Shown here piece by piece: positions 1 to 10,800 of a stretch of DNA of 64,000 nt; position 1 is the stretch's first letter, and each line of letters starts with the position of its first letter. Made by a program: the position numbers and the translations under genes. A model generated the notes under the pieces. It saw nothing but the letters and a program-made list of their open reading frames with translations, was not told the DNA's origin and did no database searches. Origin of the DNA: Pyrinomonadaceae bacterium (GTDB lineage: Bacteria; Acidobacteriota; Blastocatellia; Pyrinomonadales; Pyrinomonadaceae); the NCBI GenBank assembly GCA_035572035.1, contig DATNBH010000070.1, forward strand, positions 37,813 through 101,812. The letters are read 5' to 3'.

Positions 1-532
1 AATTAGTAATGTGAACTTGCCGGCCGGCCAAACCATCACCGGGGCGACGATCACGTTCCACAACATTCGCAACTGGGACTCAAACGCGAACATGTTGTTC
101 GTCCACTTGCTGGACTCAGCACGCGCTGCCTCAGTCGGTTCGTTTGTTGACGCTAGCGGCTCACCGGTACTAGGGGATCAAATTAGGGATAACTTCGCTG
201 GAAGCCTTTATGTCAATAACCCGCTCGTGAATGCCGGCACCGGGAATACGTTTCTGGGTCAACACAGCTTCGGCACCACTGGGAGCGATTGGACCATAAC
301 GTTCAATGCGGCGCAGCTGGCAGCGCTCACCGCGTATCTGCAGAATGGCAACAACGTGGCGTTTGGTTTTGACCCTGACTGCCACTTCTGGAACAACGGC
401 ATCACCTTCAATTTCACGACGCAACCCACGACCGGAGTACCTGAGCCGACTACGATGTTGCTGCTCGGATCCGGAATTGCCGGACTCTATTTGAAACGCC
501 GGCGCAAACAAACCCAACCCAGCGAAAACTAA
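1..532 (+). CDS. PEP-CTERM sorting-domain protein (5' partial; frame open to window start)
   Basis: C-terminus GVPEPTTMLLLGSGIAGLYLKRRRK is a PEP motif + TM helix + basic tail, typical of exosortase substrates. The ORF begins at GTG and upstream codons are open to position 2. Confidence 0.7.
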   Translation, partial: ISNVNLPAGQTITGATITFHNIRNWDSNANMLFVHLLDSARAASVGSFVDASGSPVLGDQIRDNFAGSLYVNNPLVNAGTGNTFLGQHSFGTTGSDWTITFNAAQLAALTAYLQNGNNVAFGFDPDCHFWNNGITFNFTTQPTTGVPEPTTMLLLGSGIAGLYLKRRRKQTQPSEN

Positions 533-554
533 AGTCAGGGTATTCGCACAAAAG

Positions 555-602
555 AATCGGCGCGAGTGGGTTGCTCCACACTCGCGCCGATTTTTCTTTT
601 CT
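555..602 (+). terminator. Rho-independent terminator hairpin
   Basis: GC stem cggcgcgagtg...cactcgcgccg followed by a T-run, directly after the PEP-CTERM stop. Confidence 0.5.
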
Positions 603-613
603 TAGCCGCGGAT

Positions 614-691
614 AACAGGTGCTTAGAGTTCAATCTTTAGATTGCGTGGCGGTGAAACCACAAACTGAAGTTTGAACTCTAAACGCCTGTT
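614..691. repeat. Palindromic REP-like element, family A (TTAGAGTTCAA...TTGAACTCTAA)
   Basis: 78-bp imperfect palindrome. A second near-identical copy lies at 37588-37665. Confidence 0.6.
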
Positions 692-713
692 CATCCGTAG
701 CTCAATCTTCTTC

Positions 714-2126
714 CTACGCTGTGCGATGTTCCAAATTGTAATCGCGCAACCTTCGATACAAAGTCGAAGGTGAAATGCCGAGCAGCTCAGCAGTCTTACC
801 ACGATGCCAGCCAGTCTGCTCCAGTGCCGCGAGAATTTGCTGACGCTCAACTTCACGCAATGACAACGGACCCGTTGCCGCGGCTGCGGTGTTGTCGACA
901 ACCGCCGAGCTCGGCGCAGCCGCGCTTGGTTGCGGTGGCGCCAGAAAAGGCGCACGCACAACTTCCGGCGGCAACTCACTCACGGTAATCATTCCATTGT
1001 TCGCAAGTATGACCGCGCGCTCGAGACAGTTGCGCAGCTGCCGAACATTGCCGGGCCAGTGATACGCGCGCATCGCGGCCAACGCTTCCGGCGCAATCTC
1101 AGGCGGATTGGTTCCACCGACAATCTTGAGAAGATGTCGCGCCAAAGGCTCGACGTCTTCAGAGCGCTCACGCAGCGCCTTCAGATCGATTTGAAATCCA
1201 TTGATTCGATAAAGCAGGTCGGCTCGGAAAGCTCCATCACTCACAACCGTGTCGAGATTTCGATTCGTCGCGGCAATGATGCGCACGTTGACTTCGACTT
1301 TGCGCACGCCACCGACGCGGAAGAAGGTCCGCGTCTCGATCGCTCGCAAGAGCTTTGCCTGTAACTGGGCCGGCAGTTCAGTAACTTCATCCAGAAACAA
1401 CGAGCCGCCATCGGCGAGCTCTACTAAACCTAGCTTGCGTGCCTTCGCGCCTGAAAACGCTCCGGCTTCGTAGCCAAACAATTCTGATTCGAGCAGCGAC
1501 TCCTGAAACGCCGCGCAGTTGAGATCGATAAACGATCCTTGCGCGCGAGACGACAGCCGGTGAATAGCCTGGGCGATCAACTCTTTTCCAGTGCCCGACT
1601 CGCCTGTAATCAGCACCGACGTATCCGAAGGAGCGACGCGCGATACTAATCGCACCGCTTCTTTCATCGCATCGGAAACGGAAACAATTTCCGGCAACGC
1701 CGACTGTCTTGCAAGCTGCTCGCGTAGGCGCTGATTATCAACCCGCAGTTGCCGCTTCTCAGCAGCCTGACGCACGCGCACATCAAGCTCGCCAATGCTG
1801 TACGGCTTGGTGAGATAGTCATAAGCGCCAAGCTTCATCGCTTCGACTGCAGTCTCAACCGTAGCCTGCCCAGTCAGCATAATCACTTCGGGCGGATTCG
1901 GGCGTTCGTGCACGCGACGCAGTAACTCCATTCCGTCCATGCGCGGCATGTTGATGTCGCACAGCAACACATCGACATTCGTCTCTTCGAGCCGGCGCAG
2001 CGCAGCCTCGCCATCGGGCGCGACCTGAACACGATAACCGTGGCGTTCCAACTCCTTCTGCAACACCATGCGCAGGTTGGCTTCGTCTTCGGCTACCAAT
2101 ATTCGTGCTGCTTGTGATTCTGCCAA
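714..2126 (-). CDS. Sigma-54-dependent Fis-family response regulator (NtrC-like)
   Basis: N-terminal REC domain, AAA+ sigma54 activator core (GESGTGKELIAQAIH, GAFSGA), C-terminal Fis HTH. Confidence 0.9.
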   Translation of the reverse strand: MAESQAARILVAEDEANLRMVLQKELERHGYRVQVAPDGEAALRRLEETNVDVLLCDINMPRMDGMELLRRVHERPNPPEVIMLTGQATVETAVEAMKLGAYDYLTKPYSIGELDVRVRQAAEKRQLRVDNQRLREQLARQSALPEIVSVSDAMKEAVRLVSRVAPSDTSVLITGESGTGKELIAQAIHRLSSRAQGSFIDLNCAAFQESLLESELFGYEAGAFSGAKARKLGLVELADGGSLFLDEVTELPAQLQAKLLRAIETRTFFRVGGVRKVEVNVRIIAATNRNLDTVVSDGAFRADLLYRINGFQIDLKALRERSEDVEPLARHLLKIVGGTNPPEIAPEALAAMRAYHWPGNVRQLRNCLERAVILANNGMITVSELPPEVVRAPFLAPPQPSAAAPSSAVVDNTAAAATGPLSLREVERQQILAALEQTGWHRGKTAELLGISPSTLYRRLRDYNLEHRTA

Positions 2127-2128
2127 AA

Positions 2129-4177
2129 CTATCCCTCTGAAGTTGATTGATTGATGGCCGGAAGTGTTATGGTAAACGTCGTGCCCGCACCCACCGTGGA
2201 CTGCACATCAAGTCCACCACCATGCTCAGTTAAGATACCATAACAGACCGCGAGGCCAAGACCCGTTCCGTGCCCAACTTCCTTCGTTGTAAAGAACGGC
2301 TCGAAAATCTTCTGGAGATTCTCCGGAGAAATGCCGACTCCAGTGTCAGTGACTTCGACGAGAACCAGATCGTCTCGATTGCGCGCTGCGATAGTCAGCG
2401 TTCCTCCGTCGGGCATCGCATCGATGGCGTTGGTTGAGAGAGCGATGACTGCTTGCTGCAACTGACCCGCGTCGCCCGAGACTGGCGCCAGCTCGTCCGC
2501 TATTTTCAACTGGATCTCGATTCCCTCGCCTCGTTTTTGATGAGCGACGAGACGCGCTGCTGAAGAGATCACCTCGGAGAGATCGACCGGGCGTCTTCTC
2601 GCTGCGCGTGTGCGGCTGAAGTTGAGCAGACCGGTCGTGATGCTCTTGCAGCGAAAAGCTTCACTGCGAATCAAACCGAGATACTCGCGCAGATCGTCGA
2701 GCGCTTCCGAGCCGGCGAAAGCGCCTTCCTTCACTCGTGATTCCAACGCCTCTGCGCAAGCCGAGATCGTCGCCAGCGGATTATTGATTTCGTGGACCAC
2801 ACCCGACGCTAATCGTCCCACCGCCGCCAGCTTTTCGGCGCGAGCTACGGCGCGATTGGCTTCGACGCGCGCAGTGATATCTTCGCCAACCGCAATCACG
2901 TGCGTGACGTCAGTACCGCCGTCGGCCCACATCGGAATCTTACTGACCAGCCAATGACGAGTCTCGCCTTCAGCAGTCAAGGTCTCCTGCTCGACTCGCT
3001 TGATGCCGCCGGTCTTGAAAACATGCGCGAATTCCTGGTCCAGCATCTCGCGCTTCTGACGCGTCAGTACTTCGTGGACATCTTTGCCCATCACGTCCTC
3101 GCGCGGCATGCCCAACTCGCCCAGTTCGCGATTGCGGTTCCAGGCGGCGATGCGATAGTCGCGATCGATGGCGTAAAGCGAGAGCGGCAAGCTGTCGAGT
3201 ATCGCGTCGGTAAAGCGTCGCTGCGCTTCTGCTTCAGCGGTACGCTGATCGACTTCCTTAGCCAGGCTTTCAGACGCGTTGCGCACTTCGAGATAGAGCG
3301 ACGAGATGTGCGCTGCAAGCGCGGCTTGTTGCACTGCGGCTTCGACAAGGCGGCACTCCGTCTCGCCACAGTCCTCGGCGTTGTCGAAGGCTATGACCAG
3401 GACGCCTTTCGTGCGGCCGCCAAAGCGCAGCGGCGCGGCAAACTCCACCACGTGAGTTTCATCGCGAAGCAGAAAATCTTTGGGGTTGGTCAACAGCACG
3501 GACGTCATGTTGCCCGCGGAGGTTAACCAACGCTGCATGCGATCGAGATGCAGGAGTGATTCGTCTTCCGCGCTGCCTTCGCGGTCGAAGACACAGCCTG
3601 CTTGGGTCTGTTCATTCAAACCGACAAAGGCTGCGCAAAGTGCGGCGCCCGTGCCATCGAAGGTTGCGCCTGCCACTCGCCGCACCAGTTGCTCGGGCTC
3701 GAGCGTACGCAGCAGGCCTCGGCCAAGATCGGCGAGAAAGCGCAGCTCGCGATTGCTGCCGAGCAGCGCCCATTCACGTTGCGCGGCTCGAAGATGCGAG
3801 CTCACGCGCGAAACGAGCTCGCCGGCTGAGGAAGGCTTGGTGATGTAATCATCCGCGCCGGCTGAGAAGGCTTCGACTTTGCGCTTCTCATCGTCACTGG
3901 CGGAAAAAGCGATAATGGGCAGTTTGCTGGTAGCGCTTTGGGCTCGCAGCAGGCGGCACAAAGCAAAGCCATCCACGCCGGGCATCTCGAGATCGAGCAT
4001 GAGGAGGTCGCACTGTTCTCGATGGAGCAGACGCAGTGCTGATGGAGCGTCTTCGGCGGTCAGGGCTCGATAGCCCGCGTCCTCGAAGACACGGCGCAGG
4101 TTCACGCGCACCATCGCGTCGTCATCGACAATCAGGAGCGTTGCGTTGTGGCTGATTTCGGGAGCAGAAGCGGACAT
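2129..4177 (-). CDS. Hybrid sensor histidine kinase (REC-GAF-PAS-HisKA-HATPase)
   Basis: N-terminal receiver (LLIVDDD...[14 protein letters not shown]), H-box [11 protein letters not shown]-terminal ATPase G-boxes. Start chosen at internal ATG (MSASAPEIS); the Arg/Cys-rich N-terminal extension of the ORF is discarded. The stop abuts the NtrC gene. Confidence 0.85.
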   Translation of the reverse strand: MSASAPEISHNATLLIVDDDAMVRVNLRRVFEDAGYRALTAEDAPSALRLLHREQCDLLMLDLEMPGVDGFALCRLLRAQSATSKLPIIAFSASDDEKRKVEAFSAGADDYITKPSSAGELVSRVSSHLRAAQREWALLGSNRELRFLADLGRGLLRTLEPEQLVRRVAGATFDGTGAALCAAFVGLNEQTQAGCVFDREGSAEDESLLHLDRMQRWLTSAGNMTSVLLTNPKDFLLRDETHVVEFAAPLRFGGRTKGVLVIAFDNAEDCGETECRLVEAAVQQAALAAHISSLYLEVRNASESLAKEVDQRTAEAEAQRRFTDAILDSLPLSLYAIDRDYRIAAWNRNRELGELGMPREDVMGKDVHEVLTRQKREMLDQEFAHVFKTGGIKRVEQETLTAEGETRHWLVSKIPMWADGGTDVTHVIAVGEDITARVEANRAVARAEKLAAVGRLASGVVHEINNPLATISACAEALESRVKEGAFAGSEALDDLREYLGLIRSEAFRCKSITTGLLNFSRTRAARRRPVDLSEVISSAARLVAHQKRGEGIEIQLKIADELAPVSGDAGQLQQAVIALSTNAIDAMPDGGTLTIAARNRDDLVLVEVTDTGVGISPENLQKIFEPFFTTKEVGHGTGLGLAVCYGILTEHGGGLDVQSTVGAGTTFTITLPAINQSTSEG

Positions 4178-4820
4178 TAGGTTCCAAGACGAGGAGTGAG
4201 ACCCAAAGGCTCGGCCAGGGGTTGCCGCTGTGCGGGTCAACTGGCTGGTATTGATTGAAAAGCATGCGGCCAGATCTGTCAAGAAGATTGATCTCCGCTT
4301 CGTCTGGCGCAGGTTGAATTCCGATTGCCAAGGTCGATGAGTTCGGAGGGTTCGGCAGTCAGTTAGGTCGTCGCGGAGTAATGCCACCCAAAGCACTTTA
4401 AGGCCGGAAAGGCCCACAAGCTTACACATCACGCTTGGGCTTAAGATTCCAAAACGTTCTGTCGACGGGCCTCAATACAGGCCGCGCCTAAGGCAAAATC
4501 AACGAAACCGAGCTCAGCAACCTAGGAGGGAATACAGACAAATGACCGTAGGTGAGGGCTGTTCTTAACCATTTCTCGTTGGTTTCTGGTAAGGGGGATT
4601 GCATATCCGCGCAACTCCTTTAGATTTGCACTTCGACTTTGAAGAAATATGTTGATTTCCTGTTAACTGCGGGTTTAATCTCACGCCGCTTCGTTATTTC
4701 TTTACTCCGCCAGCACCGCTGGCTTCTCGCGCGCCCGGACAGATCAAGCCTGGGCCGCCGGAAGATCAACCTGCAGCCGGATCGAAGCAACTCAAAAACG
4801 GCAAAACGAATTAGTACTCT

Positions 4821-5036
4821 TTAGAACACTAACAGCAGTTCTTGCAGCAGGTTCAAGGCTGCCTCCGTCACCGCCGCACTGGGCCCTTGGGTGACGCCGG
4901 GAAGCCGAATGTCACCCGGTTCCGTTGCTGCTGGCGGAGGTGGAGGACCCGGAATATGGATTTCACCTGCTACTACCGGAAGAGCCAGGACCGCAAGGAG
5001 CATTAGCGCAGCGGTGAGTTCTTTAAGTTTTTGCAT
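4821..5036 (-). CDS. Small secreted proline-rich protein (71 aa)
   Basis: AGGAGAA RBS 5 nt upstream of ATG; N-terminal signal peptide LMLLAVLALPVVAG; PPPPP stretch. Confidence 0.4.
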   Translation of the reverse strand: MQKLKELTAALMLLAVLALPVVAGEIHIPGPPPPPAATEPGDIRLPGVTQGPSAAVTEAALNLLQELLLVF

Positions 5037-5191
5037 TCGTGTTCTCCTAAATGAGGGAATTAGAAATCCTCGGAAAGGAACCGAACAGATCCCGAGATGA
5101 GGCTATCCTAGCATCCGTTAGTGGCGTCACGAACAAGCTCAAAGCACAGATGCAAATTTTTTTGCAAACGTGCTAGAAAAGGAATACTCAC

Positions 5192-7075
5192 ATGACTTTA
5201 GGGAAGGTCTTAGTTCACCAATTAGAGAACCCAAATCTCTCATTCGACGACCGCGTTGAGTTGCGGTGCAAACTTGCTAGGACCTTGGAGGAGGAGGGTA
5301 AATACGATGCAGCTCGTGAGGCGATGCTAGAGGTCTGGCCTGAATTCGACGAGAGGCCTCAGGTTGAAGGATTGTCTGAACAAAGCAGGGCTGACACCTT
5401 AATACGAGTTGGTGCGCTGACTGGCTGGATTGGCAGTGCTAACCAACTCGATGGTGCCCAAGAAATCGCCAAAGATTTCATAAGTGAAGGAATACGATCA
5501 TTCGAACTGCTGAACGAGCCTATGAAAGTCGCTGAAGCACAAACAGAACTTGCTGTCTGCTATTGGCGCGCAGGAGCCTTTCAGGAAGCTAGAGTGATTT
5601 TGCATCAAGCCTTTGGTGTCCTTAAAGAATCGCACAGTGAGGCGAAACTGGTGACCTTGCTGCGAACGGCAATAAACGAGGAGTCGGCTGGTCGCTATCA
5701 TGATGCCTTGCGAATACAAAAAGAGGCGTCTCTATTATTTGAACAGACTCCGAATTTCACACTTAGAGGCAAATTTCATCACTTATTTGGCTTTATCCTC
5801 CGGAAACTTTCGGAAGTTGAGCTTCGCCGAGATTACATTGACCAAGCTCTGATCGAATACGCGGCTGCAAGTTACTACTTCGAGGAAGCCGGACTCATCC
5901 GTCATCGAGCTTGTGTGGAAAACAATCTCGGGTTTCTATTCGGAACGATCGGAAGGTTTGGCGACGCACATGAACACCTCGACCTCGCCCAAACACTTTT
6001 CACCAGTCTGAAGGACTCGGTGCACCTGGCGCAGGTGGATGAAACTCGGGCGCGAGTGTTGTTGGCGGAAGGGCGATTGGTTGAGGCGGAGAAGACTGTC
6101 AGGGCATCGGTACGCACGCTGGAAAAGGGCGATGAGCAGTCGCTGCTCGCAGAAGCGTTAACGACCCACGGAATCGCACAAGCACGATTGAAGCACCCTG
6201 ACCAGGCAAAGGTTAGTCTGCAACGAGCTCTTGATGTAGCAGAGCGAGCGGGAGATCTCGAAAGCGCCGGCAACGCTGCGCTCGTAATCGTCGAAGAGTT
6301 AATCGACTATGTTCCGAATGATGAACTCAAGCTCACTGTAGATCGAGCCTCTGAACTGCTCGCCAAAACGCAGGACCTGTCAGCGCTGAAACGGCTCGCA
6401 AACTGTTCAAATCGCGTCCTCGCTAAGGTGCATGCCTCACCTCGCTTTCCGGGAAAGGTCGATTGGACCAACTTTTCCTTCAGGGGAACATTACTGGAGT
6501 ACGAAGCTCACCTTATCAATCTTGCGCTTGAAGATGCAGGCGGAGTGGTTAGCAAAGCGGCGCGATTGTTGGGATTCAATCATCATCAGAGTTTGCTTTC
6601 GATGTTGAATGGACGACATGAAGTCCTTCGCCACCGCAGCACGCCAATTCTGCCACGGCGTCGCAGCATCATTCGCAGTGGCGAGAACGGCTCACCGCCT
6701 GGCAAACGCGGCCGCAAACGAACGCTCAGGATACTGCTTATCGAAGACGATGCTTCTGTCTCAAGTCTAATCCAGGAGAACATCGATGGCCTGGGCGCTG
6801 AGGTCGAGGAAATTGCAGATGGCGCGTCCGGGATGGAACTGCTAGCTTCAGGTGTCCATTTCGATCTGCTGGTTCTAAAAAATGAGATTCCCGGCGTGAG
6901 TGGAAAGAATCTTGCACGTCTCGCGCGCAGCTTATCTCAGTATCGAAAGACGCCCATAGTGGTGCTTTCGGCGAACGCTGACGATCAGATTCAATCTAAT
7001 GATTCAAATCTCTTTTGGCTGAGTAGCGAGGAACCTAACCGGATAACGGAGACTATTAACCAGATTTTTCATTGA
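5192..7075 (+). CDS. TPR-like helical repeat protein with Fis-type HTH and C-terminal receiver (REC) domain
   Basis: About 440 aa of alpha-helical TPR-like repeats, then an NtrC-C-terminus-like HTH (LEDAGGVVSKAARLLGFNHHQSLLSMLN), then REC (RILLIEDDASV...FDLLVLKNEIPGVSG...IVVLSANAD). Confidence 0.75.
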   Translation: MTLGKVLVHQLENPNLSFDDRVELRCKLARTLEEEGKYDAAREAMLEVWPEFDERPQVEGLSEQSRADTLIRVGALTGWIGSANQLDGAQEIAKDFISEGIRSFELLNEPMKVAEAQTELAVCYWRAGAFQEARVILHQAFGVLKESHSEAKLVTLLRTAINEESAGRYHDALRIQKEASLLFEQTPNFTLRGKFHHLFGFILRKLSEVELRRDYIDQALIEYAAASYYFEEAGLIRHRACVENNLGFLFGTIGRFGDAHEHLDLAQTLFTSLKDSVHLAQVDETRARVLLAEGRLVEAEKTVRASVRTLEKGDEQSLLAEALTTHGIAQARLKHPDQAKVSLQRALDVAERAGDLESAGNAALVIVEELIDYVPNDELKLTVDRASELLAKTQDLSALKRLANCSNRVLAKVHASPRFPGKVDWTNFSFRGTLLEYEAHLINLALEDAGGVVSKAARLLGFNHHQSLLSMLNGRHEVLRHRSTPILPRRRSIIRSGENGSPPGKRGRKRTLRILLIEDDASVSSLIQENIDGLGAEVEEIADGASGMELLASGVHFDLLVLKNEIPGVSGKNLARLARSLSQYRKTPIVVLSANADDQIQSNDSNLFWLSSEEPNRITETINQIFH

Positions 7076-7460
7076 TCGATAGGTCGTACATACAGTTCGA
7101 CGGCAAGGAAGTCGGTCTTTACCCCTCACACTGTGGTAGCTCACCGGGCGCACTGGCGGCGCCTCAGACACCACGAAACCACCAATAACTTGCGGCCAGC
7201 CGGGGCGAAAGTCTCTTTCGCTTAACGGTATCAGTGTCGGTGAAAGACACGCCGCTTTTGAGTAGTTCGGATGGAGCTCCAACTCGAGATGCACCGATAG
7301 CGAGCCGTGCATCTCTTGCGCTGGCACGTTCGTTTATGGTGGGAACGAATGCGCCGCGAAGCCGCCACGCAACTGAGCATTACGTGGCGCAGGGGACCGG
7401 CACAGGCCTCTCACCCGTGCCGGTCTTCCGAATCAGAATCTGGAAACGATGATTAGTTCT

Positions 7461-7510
7461 GATCTCAGATCTGAGATCTGAGATCGATGATCGATGATCG
7501 ATGATCGATA
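7461..7510. repeat. Tandem heptamer repeats (GATCTGA x3, GATCGAT x4)
   Basis: Seen directly in sequence. Confidence 0.6.
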
Positions 7511-7607
7511 CCTAAGATTTGAGCCACTGAAATTCTGAGCTTCAACAACTTTCTTGCAGTACACATTGAGCTACGAAGGAGGGAAACTCGTAACAAAGTC
7601 AGAATCG

Positions 7608-7730
7608 ATATTCCACTTAGCGTTGGACGCCCAACCCTGAATTGAACGAACACGGATTCCACTTACGTTGACGGCCAACCCTAAGTAACTGCAGCCGGAT
7701 TCCACTTAGCGTGGGATGGTCCACGCACGC
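7608..7730 (+). promoter_or_regulatory. Three direct repeats (ATTCCACTTAGCGTTG-N-CCAACCCT) with about 44-bp phasing upstream of the RHS gene
   Basis: Copies begin near 7610, 7654 and 7697, lying 85-205 bp upstream of the 7814 start. This looks like a transcription-factor binding array. Confidence 0.4.
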
Positions 7731-7813
7731 AATTGCTATTCATAACACTCGTATGACTCTTGCTCGCCCATTGCTGGCTCGCTGTTGGATGAACTTTGAG
7801 AGGAGTCTAACCC

Positions 7814-10800
7814 GTGACCAACAGCACCGCTTCGCTTCGCAAGGCTTTCATTTCGCGCGTTTCCTTTTTCCTGTTTGTTCTTTCAATTCTGAGTCTGACC
7901 GCAAGTACGGCTACGGCTCAGAGAAGCATAACTGACGGATCGACACCGCTGGCGCTGACGCCGGGAGCCCCAGCAGGTTCATACGAATTAAGCAAGCTTG
8001 AATCCATAAATGCTTACAACGGCAGTTTGAACTTTCGCTTGCCCTTGGTCGAAATCGGCGGTCGCGGGAGTGCGGGTTATGTCCTGAGCCTTCCAATTGA
8101 AACGCATTGGCGCACGGTCCATCGGAGTAATGACAATCAAATGATTGAACTACCGTCTTCGAACTCGTGGGCTTTTCACAGACGCGGCTACGGCGCGGGT
8201 CAGTTAGAAGGCCGTCTCGGAACTGATCCGGATCACCCTTGTCCGCCGCTATTTCACAATACCTTGGTCTTGAGTCGTCTCACGTTCACAGCACCTGACG
8301 GCACGGAGTACGAACTACGAGATCAATTAACAGGCGGTCAGCCGCAATCCTACTTCTGCGGTGGCAACGCGTACCCTTCACGTGGGACCGTCTTCGCGAC
8401 GGCGGATGGCACTGCCGCGACCTTCATTTCGGACACGGTTATCCGAGACGACGGCTCGGTCATAAACCCGACCGGTTACCTCTCGCTTCGTGATGGCACC
8501 CGATTCAGAATTGTCAACAGTGACGTGATCTGGATGCGAGATCGAAATGGAAACCAGGTGACCTTCTCCTACGGCGACAAGGAAATGACCGTAACAGACT
8601 CATTAAATCGAAAAGTGAACGTGAAATATGCCGACTTTTCGGTTGGTCGTTTCTACGACGAAATCACTCACAAGGGTTTCGCCGGCGCTCAGCGAACGAT
8701 TCGTGTGAACTATGCACCGCTTCAATCCGCCCTGCGGACCAATCGCCCCGGAGACATAGGTACAATCCAAACATCGGCTGCCCTCTTCCCGCAATTAACA
8801 GGCGCTCCTACGCCCTCGAACCCGAACGTGGTTTCCTCGGTGGTTTTGCCCGATGGCGTGCTCCAGTATCAGTTTCTATATAACGTTTACGGCGAATTAG
8901 CACGCGTATCACTACCGACCGGCGGAGCCTATGAGTATGATTTCGGCACTGGTTCTGCGTACGGTGACGCTACCGGCGTTATTTGGAGTGGAGTGGGATT
9001 GCCTGAAATTTATCGACGCGTGTTGCGGCGCCGTGTGTACATCGATCAGGGTCTCACTCTGGTCGGGTTGTCGACGTACAGTAGGCCTGAAGTGGAGACG
9101 CCCGGCTACGTTGAAATCAACCATCTCAAGGCCGATCAGACAACCATACTCGCACGAGAGCGTCATCACTTTTACGGGATTGCCTCATCGTCATTCGATC
9201 AAAGCTCACTTGACTATTCATCCTGGCGAGACGGCAAGGAATACAAGACGGAATATTTCGGAGCGAATGGTTCTACTCTCCTGAAACGGGTCACGAACAC
9301 GTGGGGACAACGTAGTGTGAGTTGGTGGACTTTCAGTGCCGATGCCGCACCTCCGAACAATCCGTTCGTGACTGAAACCATTACGACCCTCCCCGCTACC
9401 GGACAAGTAACGAAAACATCGCACCTCAACCCGCAAAGCGGTCAGCCGATGATCGATCAGTTCAACAACATCACTGACACCTGGGTCTATGATTACGGGA
9501 AAGAAGCTCCTGGCGATTTGCTCAACCACACTCACATCGACTATTTGACGATTAACAATGGCGTCGATTATTCCAACCGGACCTCTCCTTCGAGTCCCCA
9601 CTTGTTAAGCCTTGTGACTCGGCAATCTGTCTATGACAAACTCGAAATTGAAAAAGCGCGAACAACTTTCGAGTATGACAACTATGCCGTTGACAATTTT
9701 CATGCGGGACTAAAAGACTGGCCGGCGCTAACTGGCGTTCCGATCAGTGGTCTTGATTCTTCGTTTACCGCCTCACAAACTTCTCGAGGAAATGTCACGG
9801 CCACCAACCGGTACTTGTTTGTTAATGGCCAGCCTTCACAACCAATCACTTCCTACATCCAATACGATCTAGCCGGCAACGCGGTCAAAAGCATCGACCC
9901 TCGCAGCACCGCACAGAACATCATCGCAACCACTATCAGCTACGACGATTGTTTCGGCAATCCGGACGCCGAAGCTCGCACAAATAATGTTCCAATCGAG
10001 CTGGCGTCACCCGCGCGGCGCACCTATGCCTTTGCTACCAGCGCTACCAATGCGCTTGGTCACAAAACCTATTCGCAATTCGACTACTTCCTTGGCCGCG
10101 TTGTGAATGTCGAAGATGCCAACGGTACGGTCTTCAGTGCCGGGTATAACGATGCTTTGGATAGACCGAAGCAGGTTACCAAAGCCGTGAATCGCGAGCT
10201 TAAATTCCAGAGCCTGACTACGTTTTCGTACGACGACACTGCTCATACGGTTACTACTGCAGGTGATCTGCGCTCATACGGGGACCAGGCATTAAGTGAC
10301 CAGATTCTTTTTGATGGACTGGGAAGGACTGTTGAGACTCGTAAGTACGAAGGAAACGGTAACTTCATAGCGGAACGTCGAATGTACGATGCCTTGAATC
10401 GAGTCGAGCAGTCTTCGAATCCTTTCCGTCCCTGGAAAAACGAAGGCCCTCTTTGGAATACGACTCAATTTGACGGATTGGGACGAATAGAGTTATCCAG
10501 GACGGCCGACGGCGCTACTTCAAGAATCGAGTACTCCGGCAACGAATTGCTTGCCATCGACCAGGTCGGCCAGAAAAGAAAGACTATTACCGATGCTCTC
10601 GGAAGGATCACAAAAGTCTACGAAGATCCGGATGGAGTCAATTGGCTGACCGAGTACCTTTACGACACTCTTGGGAATCTAACCACTGTCATCCAGGGGA
10701 ACCGGACTCGAACCTTCCAGTACGACGCGCTGTCACGCTTAACCTCATCGACGCAACCAGAAACCGGCACTCGGTCCAACACCTATGACCAGAATGGCAA

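Noticed and set aside
2900-3526. Antisense ORFs inside the histidine kinase, c-di-GMP, ubiB-like and RHS genes (e.g. 2900-3526+, 15166-15747+, 35494-36198+)
   Set aside because: These are shadow ORFs on the opposite strand of strong, domain-rich genes in a high-GC genome. They have no RBS and no motifs.
7322-7340. Sigma-54 promoter TGGCAC-N5-TTTAT upstream of the RHS gene
   Set aside because: The -12 element deviates from TTGCW, and the site is about 490 bp from the start codon. It is kept only as a low-confidence note in the findings, not as a feature.
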